Notes: generated by a model not told the origin, from the letters alone. Numbered from the stretch's first letter, positions 23,568 to 34,348 are shown. The stretch is 64,000 nt of DNA from Cyanophora paradoxa CCMP329 (GCA_004431415.1 QPMI01000513.1:130889-194888), one strand, 5' to 3'. Program-made: numbers and translations.

Positions 23568-24104
23568 TTAAACCTGTGGAAAGTTCAGACGCAAGAACAG
23601 TTTGTCTGCTTCAGAAGTATTCTCCAAGACATATGCATCACGAGCACGAGCAGCTTCTTCTGCAGTTGAGAAATTGCCAACGTGCTTCAGGCGACCATTT
23701 ATTTTATAATGCGCCTGCCATTTACCACACTGCTGATCGAAGCTAACACCTATGAATCCACTCGAGTTATTTCGCCGCCGATTCTGGTTGAGCTGCTGCT
23801 GACGAGCAGTTGCCACACGGAGATTTTCACGTCTGTTATCCAGTTTGTTCAGATTTATATGATCAACTGTCAATCCGTTTTCGAGTTCACCCGAGATATA
23901 GTTATGCAAAAACACATTCTTTCTATTGATCGTGGTTCGAGCATATCCATAGTTATTTAAACGCCAGCGAAATCCAAGCATACGCTCAGCGTCATCCTGC
24001 GACACAAGTGCATAGGCAACTACGACTCCATTTCGACCATTCCTACGACCAGTAATTGGAATTAGAGCAACACCTTCAGGGACATCAGGAATTGCGACCT
24101 CCAT
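23568..24104 (-). CDS. HNH endonuclease with C-terminal AP2 domain
   Basis: LHNYI..VDHINLNKLDNRRENLR and NSSGFIGVS..KWQA..HVGNFSTAEEAARARD. Confidence 0.92.
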   Translation of the reverse strand: MEVAIPDVPEGVALIPITGRRNGRNGVVVAYALVSQDDAERMLGFRWRLNNYGYARTTINRKNVFLHNYISGELENGLTVDHINLNKLDNRRENLRVATARQQQLNQNRRRNNSSGFIGVSFDQQCGKWQAHYKINGRLKHVGNFSTAEEAARARDAYVLENTSEADKLFLRLNFPQV

Positions 24105-24239
24105 ATTTCTTGCGCAGCGAGCTGCTTGTCTGCGACTTTTTTGTTACATTTACAGATTGCATTATCTTTAAGCCTAAAAAGTCGCGCTAATTTGTTATAA
24201 AAGGATTTATGTCTCATATTATTGAGATATAAGCGAACA

Positions 24240-24548
24240 ATGAGTTCTGCAGATTATACTGCTGTAAAGCGTGGCCGTGGACGTCCGCCAAAGGTTCGTC
24301 TTTTGACAATGGATTCATATGAACCAAAGAAGAAGGGTCGTAAGCCAATAGAGGTAACACCGGAGATTTTAGCAGAGCGACGCAGAAAGAATGCTGAACG
24401 GAATCGTAAACTACGTCATACGAACGAAACATATCGTTTGAAACAGCTTGCCATCACAGCAAAATATCGAGCTGAAAATCCTGATCGTATTCGGGAGTAC
24501 CACAGAAATGCTATTTCGCGTAGATGTCTTGCTAAAGACGTTGCTTAG
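24240..24548 (+). CDS. Small basic AT-hook DNA-binding protein
   Basis: KRGRGRPPK and KKGRKP motifs. Confidence 0.7.
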   Translation: MSSADYTAVKRGRGRPPKVRLLTMDSYEPKKKGRKPIEVTPEILAERRRKNAERNRKLRHTNETYRLKQLAITAKYRAENPDRIREYHRNAISRRCLAKDVA

Positions 24549-25434
24549 CACCAGCTCTAAGCTTTGGCTCTCCTGCAATCTCAAGCTTCTTGAGCTCTCG
24601 ATCCTTCCGGTTTTGGCCGCTGTATTTTTTCGTTTCGATCAATCCCTCGCGTCTCAATCGTCTCTGCTGTCGCATTTTCACTTCTTCTTTTTCGATTCGT
24701 GTTTGATCAGGGAGATCACGAGGTTGACGTATTTCAGATGGTTTAACACGCCTAGAAATTTCCACACCTTGCTTTGTAATTAACCTAACGCGGTTCTTAT
24801 CAGCGCCAGCAACTATGTACGTCTCTTTGCTTGGTTTTGCCAGACCCTTCGCAAAAACACTGCTCTTTGGCTCAAGGATCTGCACCTCCGTGCCAGGTTT
24901 AGGCATATTTGTGTTCTCTCGTTCAATATCGTTCTGTCGCTGTCGCACTTGGTGAAGCTGCTCGGCAACCTGTGTATTTTCACGCATCCACGTTGGTGAT
25001 CGCTCCTCGCCAAATGCACTGTGGGCTGTCTCATTGTACGCCTTGACAATTGCCGGCAAACGTGAGAGGAAATGCGGTGATCCACGTGCTTCAGTGTCAG
25101 CTTGGATAAGTGCTCGCAATGTCCTAGCGAACCTGTCGATAATTCCAAGTTTGTTACCTTTAGAAATGTGGTCATCTTTGGCAACATCAGTGTGTATTTT
25201 CAACGAGTTCTCTTCGACCATTGCCCGAATCGCAGCTGTGTTAAAACCGTTGTCGGCGGAGAAACCCCAGATCCCTGGCAGTTGCTCAATCATTTTTGGA
25301 AGTTGTTTGAATGTTTCTATTTTTCGAACGATAGCGAAACGGGTTGCAATTTCTACGGCCGCAAACAGGCGATATCTCCCAATAAATAATACATCAATTT
25401 GCCATGCACCAGGTGGCGCTGTTAGAGTGTACAT
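24532..25434 (-). CDS. Element A rve-type integrase (short)
   Basis: WQID..SADNG..GIIDRFARTL..YNETAHSA; C-terminal RREG / RELKKL.IAG shared with the element B integrase. Confidence 0.85.
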   Translation of the reverse strand: MYTLTAPPGAWQIDVLFIGRYRLFAAVEIATRFAIVRKIETFKQLPKMIEQLPGIWGFSADNGFNTAAIRAMVEENSLKIHTDVAKDDHISKGNKLGIIDRFARTLRALIQADTEARGSPHFLSRLPAIVKAYNETAHSAFGEERSPTWMRENTQVAEQLHQVRQRQNDIERENTNMPKPGTEVQILEPKSSVFAKGLAKPSKETYIVAGADKNRVRLITKQGVEISRRVKPSEIRQPRDLPDQTRIEKEEVKMRQQRRLRREGLIETKKYSGQNRKDRELKKLEIAGEPKLRAGAKQRL

Positions 25435-25443
25435 CCTTATTAT

Positions 25444-28108
25444 TCAGACACGATTTTTGTAATGCCCAATAGCCCAGGTGTTGATTTTATCATTATCTAG
25501 AAAACGCTTCGTATCTAGCGGATGCAACGCTTGACGAGAGGTATTTTGCAGATATATTTCATGTCGTTTCGAACGGAAACCGAGAATTCCTTTGATATCA
25601 TACGATTGTTTTTCTCCTTTTTTTGGGCAGACACACCGGAGGAATACATCCCTTGTGAGTCTGTTGTAATATGTTTTTTGAATACCTTTGCACACCTGCT
25701 TATCTGTGGAATCTTCACGCGAATAATAGTAAGATTTCGGCCGGTTAGCGATCCACTCTGTCATTTGTAGACCATGAAGCTCATCCTTGAATAATCCCGG
25801 AGTTTTCCCCATCGATCGTAGAGCTCGAACCTCATCGGCTGTCATGCCATCAAAGAATCGATGTGTCTCTGGGTAGTCGCTAACATCCAGCTCATGCTTG
25901 ATTGAGCGTAAATCAGCATAGATATCTTTGGTGCGAACCTCGATGATGAGACTGTCAGTATCAGTTCCAAGTAGCTTAAGCCGATGACCCCAAAGCGGTT
26001 TGAGCACCTGATAGTAGAAGCGATACATGTGCAGCTTGGACAATTCGAGAATGACAAATCCACAGTAAATTGGTTTATTTAAATTATACTCACTTTTTCG
26101 CTTGGAAACGAATACAAGGTTCTCTTCGTACATCACCACCTGCTTCAACCGATTTGGTTCGCTGTTTATCTTTGCCAAACGATCACCAGATGTAACAAGC
26201 TCGGAGAAACAGTGTTTTCTCACGTTCTCCATCGTCTTTCCGAATACACTGTTATTCATTAACTTGAAGAGATCCTGTTTGTATTTGTGATCAGCACGCT
26301 TGCGTTCACTTGTATTAAGATCGATGAAATCGTTCAGCCACGCACTTTGTTCGTACGATTAAACACGGTGGATGTTGGTTACAATCATTCCCAGTGTAGT
26401 ATAAAGCTTAAGCAAACGCCCATCAACAACATAATTCTTCTTTGGCAACAGGTTTGGAACCAATTTTGGGGTTCTTTCGACTGAAGTAAGCTTTTCGTTG
26501 TTAATCATATCCTGCTGTTGTTTCGATAGATGATCTATGGACACGCACATTCGTTCAGGAGCTAGTGGATAATCTGAGAAATCATCGTGGAGATGGTCAG
26601 GCATGTACATATCAACTTCTAGAGCATAGCCACGAGGACCATCAGCGTCAAGGTTTTCAACGAACTGCATAGCATCAACATCTTGATCGAGTTTTTCCCA
26701 GCGGAAACCTCCAGTGGGGAGTTTTTGTTTCATAGCAACGCCATACAGATTATTCGCATCAAGGTACATCAGCCACGATTCTTTGCCTGTTTTTTCGTAG
26801 TTTTGCACACATTCAATCTGGGTTGCTGATTCATCAGCATGCGTATATTTTCCAAATTTCTTTAAAATTGTCGCTGCTTTTGCTGCTTTCTTTTTATTCT
26901 TTGCAATCACTCTTGAACTCATGTCTTTTACGTGTTTCAGGAACTCGTTATCAGCTTTAGCGTATCTCTTTGATATCATGCTGATGCCACCCCTAATTCC
27001 TGATTCTATGAATCTATACATATCTTGTTGTCCCTCGTGAAAAAGCTCAAGCTTAATTCCTGTGCGTTTAAGAGCAGCTTGCCAAGCGAATCCTGGTGAT
27101 GATATGAAATAGCTTGGATCTAATCCATACGTTTCCATGCATGTATCACGATAGTTTTCAAATACATCGGCAAGTAACGAAATGTCAGTATTCATATATT
27201 CCATAGTATAGTCTGATATCGTTCTACATGCAAGCTTTCTCCAAACGATCTGAGCATGTGCGTACTCGTCTTTTGAGCATTTCTTTTGTTTTAGTTCGTT
27301 CTTAAAGTATCGACGTACAGGTAGTTCTGTTTCTTGAAAACGTTGCCAGCTTGATATATAGCTATATGGATATATCCCTTGCTTGTCATCAACTCGAATC
27401 TAGTATCATCCGGATACATTGTGCGCGTGATCTTCTTCTTCTCCGCTGGGACCGCTTTCGCTAGATCATCCAAACTAGCATTCAAATGTTGCATCGAATC
27501 ACGAAGTACATAAATTCCATACTTAAACTGTGATATCTTCTCGCTATTCTGAAAGGTTTGATCAAATTTGATCGAAAGGAGACTCTGCGGGCGGAGCCGG
27601 CGTTCGAGCCCCTTCTTAACCTTCTTTTTCTGCTCTGGGGTCATCTCACGTCCACCGTACTTGCTTTGAAACTCACTTTCGACATGTGCTTGAAACTCAG
27701 CCCAAGCTGCTGAACGGCGGTTTTTGCCAGATGCTATTGCTCTCACGAACAGGTGAAAGTCAAATCCACGACCATTATGAAAGAATATAGGAACAGCAGC
27801 AGATTTTGCACGGCGGCGATTGCAAGCACGACAGGCTGCTCCAATGTATTTACCTGTATCATGACAGTGATCACGGTGCTTGTCTTTGATATCTTTGAAC
27901 GTGTTTTTGCACATATAACAGTCTGTCGTTGTTTGAAAACACTGTTCCTCTTCCGGATTCATCTGGATTGGTACACTTGCTTTGAGAAGTTCTCTAAATT
28001 GTGGTTCCATTTCGTCAAGCCATTTTACGAACTTATCAGCACAGTCTTCATTCTCGGAACCCATACATTTAAATGAAAACTGTTCGCCTTTCGAAGATAC
28101 AACCAGAC
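25444..28108 (-). pseudogene. Element A protein-primed DNA polymerase B, 3' part (interrupted by element B; frameshifts)
   Basis: RDHCHDTGKY..AC..CN, FFHNGRGFD, DISLLADVFE, YLDANNLYG, MNNSVFGKT, GTDTDS, PGLFKDE. Confidence 0.93.
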
Positions 28109-28391
28109 ACACATAGTAAAATGCGGAGTTTTAACCCTCGGCTTATCTTAATTGATTTTGTTGATATATCTCGTATATTCTATTTCAATCAATCGATAAT
28201 CTGTGTATATCTTATCGAATATTCATTTATTTCGTTTATTTTGTATTCTTTTCGATATTTTATCGTAAATTTCTCTTATTTTCCGATTAGTCTTACTGAG
28301 TCTATCGATAATCTGTATATATTTCCGAATAATATAACTGAATCTCAATTAGATCTTGCCTCTGGTTAAAACTCCGCATTTTACTATGTGT
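28109..28391. repeat. 283-bp terminal unit bounded by a perfect 28-bp inverted repeat
   Basis: ACACATAGTAAAATGCGGAGTTTTAACC at 28109-28136 and its reverse complement at 28364-28391; mirrored at 55312-55594. Confidence 0.95.
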
Positions 28392-28634
28392 GATTGGTCT
28401 AAAAGTTAATTGATTTAATCGATATTATATTCATGTACTTTCTCGATTAAAATTTAATTAAATTTAATTCATTTAATCGGAAATATATCGCTAAACTCGA
28501 TTAAGATCCATAAATGATTCATTTGTTTATATTAACAAATCGATCTCTTATTGAATTCAATCGTAATTATACATGAAACTTATATGATTTTATCATTGTT
28601 TTGTTGAGTCTAAGGGGGGACCCTTAGAAAATTG

Positions 28635-28756
28635 GGTGTGACAGGTGTGACAGGTGTGACAGGTCAATCCCAAGGAAAGTCCTAGTGAGAAATTGATTTT
28701 TAAAATCCACGGGATAAACCTGTCACACCTGTCACACAAACCATATTCAGTAAGGA
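28635..28756. promoter_or_regulatory. Inverted 9-bp iteron cassette (putative origin), TIR copy
   Basis: (GTGTGACAG)x3 - ~52-bp spacer - (CTGTCACAC)x2 - AAACCATATTCAGTAAGG. Function is inferred. Confidence 0.6.
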
Positions 28757-28921
28757 CCTCATATATTGTGAAAATCTCAGTGTTAGTTGTTGTTAAATCT
28801 TTCAGGCAGCATTTATTTGTCAGGCATTAAATCTATCGATTTTCATAAAGTATTTTATTTTGGCTAAGTCATTGTTTGGATTAACAATGAAATTTCAATT
28901 TTATAAAAGTTTTCTAAAAAG

Positions 28922-28983
28922 GTGCCTGACAATGCCTGACATACTATATTAGTGCCTGACAACTATATTATAGTGCCTGACAA
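28922..28983 (+). repeat. Four TGCCTGACA direct repeats in the TIR
   Basis: TGCCTGACA x4, sharing the TGACA core with the iterons; mirrored near 54727-54787. Confidence 0.8.
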
Positions 28984-29232
28984 ACCATATATGGTAATAC
29001 TATATGTTATAACCTACTTTCTCAGTGTTAGTTGGTGTAGTTGATTCAAATAATGCATTTTATACTCTGATTCATTGTTATTTCCTGTGAAATTTGAGTC
29101 AACTCAACCCACTTAGTCAACCCTTGCATTGAATTCGTAACAAAATCCATATACTATCGATTAATATGAGTCAACCTTGAGTCCACTTTAATAATAGGGG
29201 AATCTTGGGAGATGCTTATTAGATGCTATTAA

Positions 29233-30618
29233 TTAGCTAGTTTTGGTCCTTTCTCTTAGTGTTCTTTGAGGTTTAGGGGCTGTATATGACTCCTTAGTAG
29301 TCTGAAAGTCATTATACCATCTTTGGCTATTCACTTCTGAAAGTTTCTGTGTTCCTGCTATAGTGAGCTTTTTGAGTTCCCTGTTAACTTTGCCAGCCTT
29401 CTCCTTTCTAGCCTCTATCAAAGGCTTATCTGGGACTTCATTAGCAGCTTCTATGCCCTCTCTCCTTATAGAAGCATCAACCCTAGCTTCCTCTTTGGCT
29501 TGCTCTAAGGCATCCACTGTAGGGGCTTCCAGATACTCAACTGCATTCACAGGCAACAGCTCATGGAAAGCAAACCTGTTATCTATGATCTCTCCAGTGG
29601 GACTCTTTAGCTTAAACTTAAAGCCTTCTCTACTATCAACAGTGTAAACCATCCTAGACCAATTGTTACCCTGTTTAGCAAATGGGTTCTTCTCTACTTT
29701 CACTCTAACAAACATGCCAGGCTGCATGGTATCAAGATAAGCTATTGATTTCTTGAATCTTTCATCTTCTAATCCTACTATATACCTATAATGCTCCTCT
29801 GTAGTTTCACCTGGCTTCATCTTAGTAGCTGAGTGAACTGTATTATTGTAATTAAACTCAATATCACCCAACACATCAAAGAATCTAGCTGTGTTATTAG
29901 CTATGCAATAGTTTGTGATCAGTCTCTTAATCTGCTTGTTAAAGGCTTCAATTCGACCTTGGCTTCTATGGTCAGCAGTTCCACTCACTTGGTGTTCTAT
30001 GAATTTACTAGATAAATACTCCTGGAATATTCGATTTTGGAATTCACTCCCAGCATCTGATTGAACTTTTACTATGGGTCTTGCCACTCTCATTTCAAGC
30101 TGTTTAAATGCAGCTAATGTAGTGAGAGCTGATTTATCCCTTATAGGTATGATATACCCAGTTCTCAGTGTTGATTCCATTGCAGTCATAAAGGTATCAT
30201 AGCCATTGTTTTGTTTCTTATAAGCTGGGAAAAAGAGCAAATCAATCACATAGGTATCAAGGGGTTGCCTAATTGGGACCATGGGATCTCTCTTCCTAGA
30301 TATAGCAGGTGCATTGATCTGAACTACCTCTTGTTTTTTATAGAACTCTTGCAACTGCTTATAGGATTCATCTGGTAACTCAGCCCTCATAGCTTGAAGC
30401 CCTTTGTAACCAGTTCTCACATCATAGAATCTCTTGGCAATCTTGCTTGTTTCTTTCACTGCAATAGCAACTGGAATCTCTACTGGGACAAGCTCTTTCA
30501 TTTCAGACTTTTTTACAATTCGAGATTCCCCCTTTTCCTCCTTTGGAACTGTGATGGGCAGTAGGTTTCCTTGCAGTTGCTCAGTGGTTCTCCTAACTAT
30601 TCTTCCAGTTGCTGGCAT
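29233..30618 (-). CDS. Element B rve-type integrase (461 aa)
   Basis: DDE triad YVID / QSDAGSEF / GRIEAFN; YNNTVHSATKMKP. Confidence 0.93.
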   Translation of the reverse strand: MPATGRIVRRTTEQLQGNLLPITVPKEEKGESRIVKKSEMKELVPVEIPVAIAVKETSKIAKRFYDVRTGYKGLQAMRAELPDESYKQLQEFYKKQEVVQINAPAISRKRDPMVPIRQPLDTYVIDLLFFPAYKKQNNGYDTFMTAMESTLRTGYIIPIRDKSALTTLAAFKQLEMRVARPIVKVQSDAGSEFQNRIFQEYLSSKFIEHQVSGTADHRSQGRIEAFNKQIKRLITNYCIANNTARFFDVLGDIEFNYNNTVHSATKMKPGETTEEHYRYIVGLEDERFKKSIAYLDTMQPGMFVRVKVEKNPFAKQGNNWSRMVYTVDSREGFKFKLKSPTGEIIDNRFAFHELLPVNAVEYLEAPTVDALEQAKEEARVDASIRREGIEAANEVPDKPLIEARKEKAGKVNRELKKLTIAGTQKLSEVNSQRWYNDFQTTKESYTAPKPQRTLRERTKTS

Positions 30619-30621
30619 CTC

Positions 30622-33600
30622 TTAATTAAAAGGAACAGAATTAATACCATCTGGTAAGATGTATCTCTTTGCATCAAAGCAGTTTAGGGCAACCCTTCTA
30701 CTCACAGTGTCTATTATTGTGTGATCTGCCCTTCTTTTCTGCTTTGCAGTCACAGTCTTGCTGATACCTGCAAATAAACACTGTTTAAAATCATTAAATT
30801 GGAGTTCCTCAGTTGAAGTCCCAGAGAGCTTACTCCTCTCAATCTCAGCAGTTCTGAAACTGTAAACTTTTGCTCTCAGACCCACATACTCCAATATAGC
30901 AGAGCCAGGCATTTCATTTTTGTATTTACCTGGGGTCATTCTGGAATCACCTCCAAGGTCTAATGCATAGGATATATTCTCTATATCTTTTTGTAGGGTC
31001 TTAGATTCGATATATAGACAAAAGGAGTCAGTATCATGGAATAGTAACTTTGCTTTTGTCCATTGGGACCTTACAGTATCATAGAAGAACTTGTAGTTAT
31101 GCAGTTTGGCTGCATCCAGAACATAAGCCCCAATAGCAACTGGCTTATCTAGCTTCACATGCTTTGTGTAAAACTCAAAGGCAACTGCTTTTTCGTTTAT
31201 GGGACTTGTTGATTTCACCAATGGGGAGGCTGCATATTTCATAAACAGTTTCTCACTGTTTGCAATCTTAACCACAGATCTACCTCTGCAAGATTCAATG
31301 CATTTCCCATAGATTGAGTTATTCATGAGTTTATAGAAATCAGCCTCGAATTTATTCACTGCTTTCCTTCTCATCTCAGTATTCAGCTCAATGTAGGGTT
31401 TCATTACAGGAGCCACAGTAAATGATAGGACCCTGTGAACCTTCTTTAGTTTCACCCCTTTGTCCAACAGATACTGTAGAAGAGGCTCAGAAATCACATA
31501 GTTGGTCACAGAACCAAAGGTTGCAGTTAGCTTAGGGGTCTTATCAAGCTCTTCTCCTGAGAGATCTAATAGGCTCTTTTGATATTGTGATAATTCTGCA
31601 TATTCTACTATTTTCTTGTTAATAATTAGGGGGAAATCACTGTGGTCTAGATATAGCCTAATTGGGTAATCCAGATCAACTTCCAGGAAACTGGATCTGT
31701 TATCTTGTGGGTTGAATTCGGTCTCCCATCTAAAATCACCAACTGGAATTGGCTGACTCAAACAGTAGCCATACAAGTTGTTAGCATCAAACAGCATTAT
31801 ATGGGAGTTCTCACCATCAGCCTCAGCATACCTACAAGGCATTGTTGCAAAGCCACCCCTGATTCCCCTCTCAACAAATTCGTATTGCTCTACATCACTG
31901 ATGAGTTCTATTTTTGCCTCGGTGGTCCTAAGCATAGCATCCCAAGATAGCCCAGGTGCAGATACATAATGAACTGGGTCAAGTCCATATACTGAGTGTG
32001 AAAGCCTTCTGAAAGCCTGGAATTTGCTCATTAACTCATCTACATCAGCAGCCCCAAAGTCCATAAAATTACTTGCATCAATGAACTTGTAAAGACCCCA
32101 TTGCAATGAAAGGTATTGATCAAAGTTTTTCGAAAGGATTTCGATTCGCTTTTTATCACCCATGCCTGCTATTTTTCTGAAAATGAATGTCCCACAGTCA
32201 TCCATTTGGTCAACAACAACTGCAACTTTGGTTTGCTTTGAGATTCTCCTATGGAGATTGCAGTTTCTGCATGCAGGAGCAATGTAATGACCTGTGTGGT
32301 GGTCATGATCTCTGCATTTGAAGTTCTCCTTGGTGAACCTCTCACTGCAAAGGTAACAGTGTTTAGTAGCCCTGTAAACAGCCTTTTGCTCATCTGTGAG
32401 TTCATTCATGGGAATATTGGTAAACAGAAAATCGATCAGCTCTCTTGCTTTGGACTCCAAGCATTCAAAGAGACCTCCCATTGGATCCTGCCCCTCAAAT
32501 CGAAAATCTTGAACATCTTCCCCAGTGACTACTCTAAGGTTCACTGCTGAGACTTCCCTCTTGGATTTCGATGCATCAATGGGGATGCTTCTATGTTCAA
32601 TCTTGCAGTAAACCACAACAGGAAGCCACACAGTTTTCCTGAGGTTTTTCAGTCCAAACTCTATTGTGGTGTCAGGCTTAGGGGTGATTCCCTTTGAGAG
32701 TCTCCAATCAATGCATCTGTTTGAGTCCACATGAGCAGTCAGTTTAGCCTCAGACCTGAATCGAGATAAGCATGTATCACAGTAGTGTAACTTTTGATCC
32801 TTGGTTTTATCAAGGGCAACTCTGAGAAGTCTTGAAAGGGACATGATAGTAATATAGTGACCATTCCCTTCATCATCATGAATGAGCATTAGATTAATCT
32901 TTTGCTTTCTGCCTGGGTTGCTGGATTGATGTAGGGGATATATAACATCTCCATCCATTCCAAATATGTTTATGCTGATGCCTGCATTTTGAGATTCGAA
33001 TTTATCAATGATTTCAGCATCACAAGGAACAGGGAATGGGATATTGTCGAAATTGAGAGCCAAAGGATTGTATGTGGTTGGTGAGTATTTCCATTTGCGA
33101 TATTGTGTAAGCTCACTTCTCTTGTGGGAATTTACATCTTTCCTATGGATCCATGCCAAAATGGCATTTTCAAAGCAAGAATCATCAATATTTCGAATAT
33201 TCACTGTGGCTCTCTTGGCTGCAATTGATTCTGGTGTTTTAACATAGCAGCCACCAGTTGGGGCATAACTCATAATAGCAACTCTGAGCATTTCGATTCT
33301 CTCCAATCGATAGCTATCAACAACATTCATCTGCTCCTGACACATTTGGGCTGCTTTATTCAGCTCAGTTCGAATATTTCTCGATTTGGTTAATACAAAA
33401 TAATCGCTGTAAATGTATTTCGATATCCAAACCTGTGGATTGCTGACTTTTACGAACTTGCAGATAAACGATAAGCGAACTTTGATTGCCCTGAATTGAT
33501 CCAGACTATCTCTTAAACGTTTTGGTAGAGAGGTTGCAATTCTATCTAAATATTCAATCACATCAACAACAACTTCCCTTCTGGCTCTGTATGTGAGCCA

Positions 33601-33867
33601 GCGATATAATTCATTCATAGCTGTTCCATCTTCCGCCTCTGGTTCTATTTGCCTCAGGCGATCCAGTTCATCAAGAGTTTCAACTTTATCATAGAGGTTA
33701 TTGGCTTTTCTGGTTAATTTTGCTAAAGTGGGTCTGCCCCTTGAAATAAATCCGATTTCCCGGTCATATTCAGCCTCTGTGATTTCATGGGCTGCATACA
33801 GTGTTCCCAGTAATCCCATGAGTTCCCATTTCTTCTCTCTAATGAGTCTGTTGCTAATTCGGGGCAT
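30622..33867 (-). CDS. Element B protein-primed DNA polymerase B (1081 aa, intact ORF, exonuclease degenerate)
   Basis: CFENAILA, RDHDHHTG..ACRNCN, DANNLYG, KLMNNSIYGK, HDTDS, GKYKNE, GLRAKVY. Confidence 0.95.
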   Translation of the reverse strand: MPRISNRLIREKKWELMGLLGTLYAAHEITEAEYDREIGFISRGRPTLAKLTRKANNLYDKVETLDELDRLRQIEPEAEDGTAMNELYRWLTYRARREVVVDVIEYLDRIATSLPKRLRDSLDQFRAIKVRLSFICKFVKVSNPQVWISKYIYSDYFVLTKSRNIRTELNKAAQMCQEQMNVVDSYRLERIEMLRVAIMSYAPTGGCYVKTPESIAAKRATVNIRNIDDSCFENAILAWIHRKDVNSHKRSELTQYRKWKYSPTTYNPLALNFDNIPFPVPCDAEIIDKFESQNAGISINIFGMDGDVIYPLHQSSNPGRKQKINLMLIHDDEGNGHYITIMSLSRLLRVALDKTKDQKLHYCDTCLSRFRSEAKLTAHVDSNRCIDWRLSKGITPKPDTTIEFGLKNLRKTVWLPVVVYCKIEHRSIPIDASKSKREVSAVNLRVVTGEDVQDFRFEGQDPMGGLFECLESKARELIDFLFTNIPMNELTDEQKAVYRATKHCYLCSERFTKENFKCRDHDHHTGHYIAPACRNCNLHRRISKQTKVAVVVDQMDDCGTFIFRKIAGMGDKKRIEILSKNFDQYLSLQWGLYKFIDASNFMDFGAADVDELMSKFQAFRRLSHSVYGLDPVHYVSAPGLSWDAMLRTTEAKIELISDVEQYEFVERGIRGGFATMPCRYAEADGENSHIMLFDANNLYGYCLSQPIPVGDFRWETEFNPQDNRSSFLEVDLDYPIRLYLDHSDFPLIINKKIVEYAELSQYQKSLLDLSGEELDKTPKLTATFGSVTNYVISEPLLQYLLDKGVKLKKVHRVLSFTVAPVMKPYIELNTEMRRKAVNKFEADFYKLMNNSIYGKCIESCRGRSVVKIANSEKLFMKYAASPLVKSTSPINEKAVAFEFYTKHVKLDKPVAIGAYVLDAAKLHNYKFFYDTVRSQWTKAKLLFHDTDSFCLYIESKTLQKDIENISYALDLGGDSRMTPGKYKNEMPGSAILEYVGLRAKVYSFRTAEIERSKLSGTSTEELQFNDFKQCLFAGISKTVTAKQKRRADHTIIDTVSRRVALNCFDAKRYILPDGINSVPFN

Positions 33868-33979
33868 AGTTCCTAACTTGTTCCTACTAAAAGGGGAGGT
33901 TTTAAATGGGGATATTCCGAACGCGAAAATACTTAAAGGAATTTTTATATTGTATATATATAGAAGCCAAATAGCAAGA

Positions 33980-34297
33980 ATGAATCCGGACGGTCAAAGA
34001 ACGCTTAGTATTTCAGCCATCATGAGAAGTATTAAAGAAAGAAATGAAACCTGTGAAAACTCAGAATATAAACGAATTCTATGCAGTTTATGTAAATGTG
34101 ATGAGACTAGCTATGATCAGTTTGTATGTGATCAATGCTTCAAGACAGTCTGTATTGGATGCATGAAACAGCAAGAGGAAATAGTCGGGAATACAAAATG
34201 CCCATTCTGTAGAAACACATTACAGTATCCAGAGTTCACCTTGTACAACATTCTGGACTACAATGCATGTGATGTTGAAACAATTACATTTGGCTGA
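33980..34297 (+). CDS. RING-like zinc finger protein
   Basis: CSLC..CDQC..CIGC..CPFCR; ATG at 33980. Confidence 0.7.
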   Translation: MNPDGQRTLSISAIMRSIKERNETCENSEYKRILCSLCKCDETSYDQFVCDQCFKTVCIGCMKQQEEIVGNTKCPFCRNTLQYPEFTLYNILDYNACDVETITFG

Positions 34298-34298
34298 G

Positions 34299-34342
34299 CA
34301 ACAAAAAATGATTTAAAGAAAATATCTTCTATATAGATATAT
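34299..34342 (+). promoter_or_regulatory. Conserved upstream motif AACAAAAAATGATT..TTAAAGAA..TCTATATA (putative viral promoter)
   Basis: Recurs at 34983-35016 and 35424-35483, each just before a start codon. Confidence 0.7.
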
Positions 34343-34348
34343 GTAAAA

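Larger units (their letters stand above)
28109..29216 (+). repeat. Element B left TIR (~1.1 kb)
   Basis: Reverse complement of 54491-55594; the differences I saw are homopolymer lengths. Confidence 0.97.

Noticed and set aside
28073-28369. 98-aa and 93-aa (55334-55615) hydrophobic ORFs
   Set aside because: They span the insertion junctions and the AT-rich terminal loop, and are not conserved in C.
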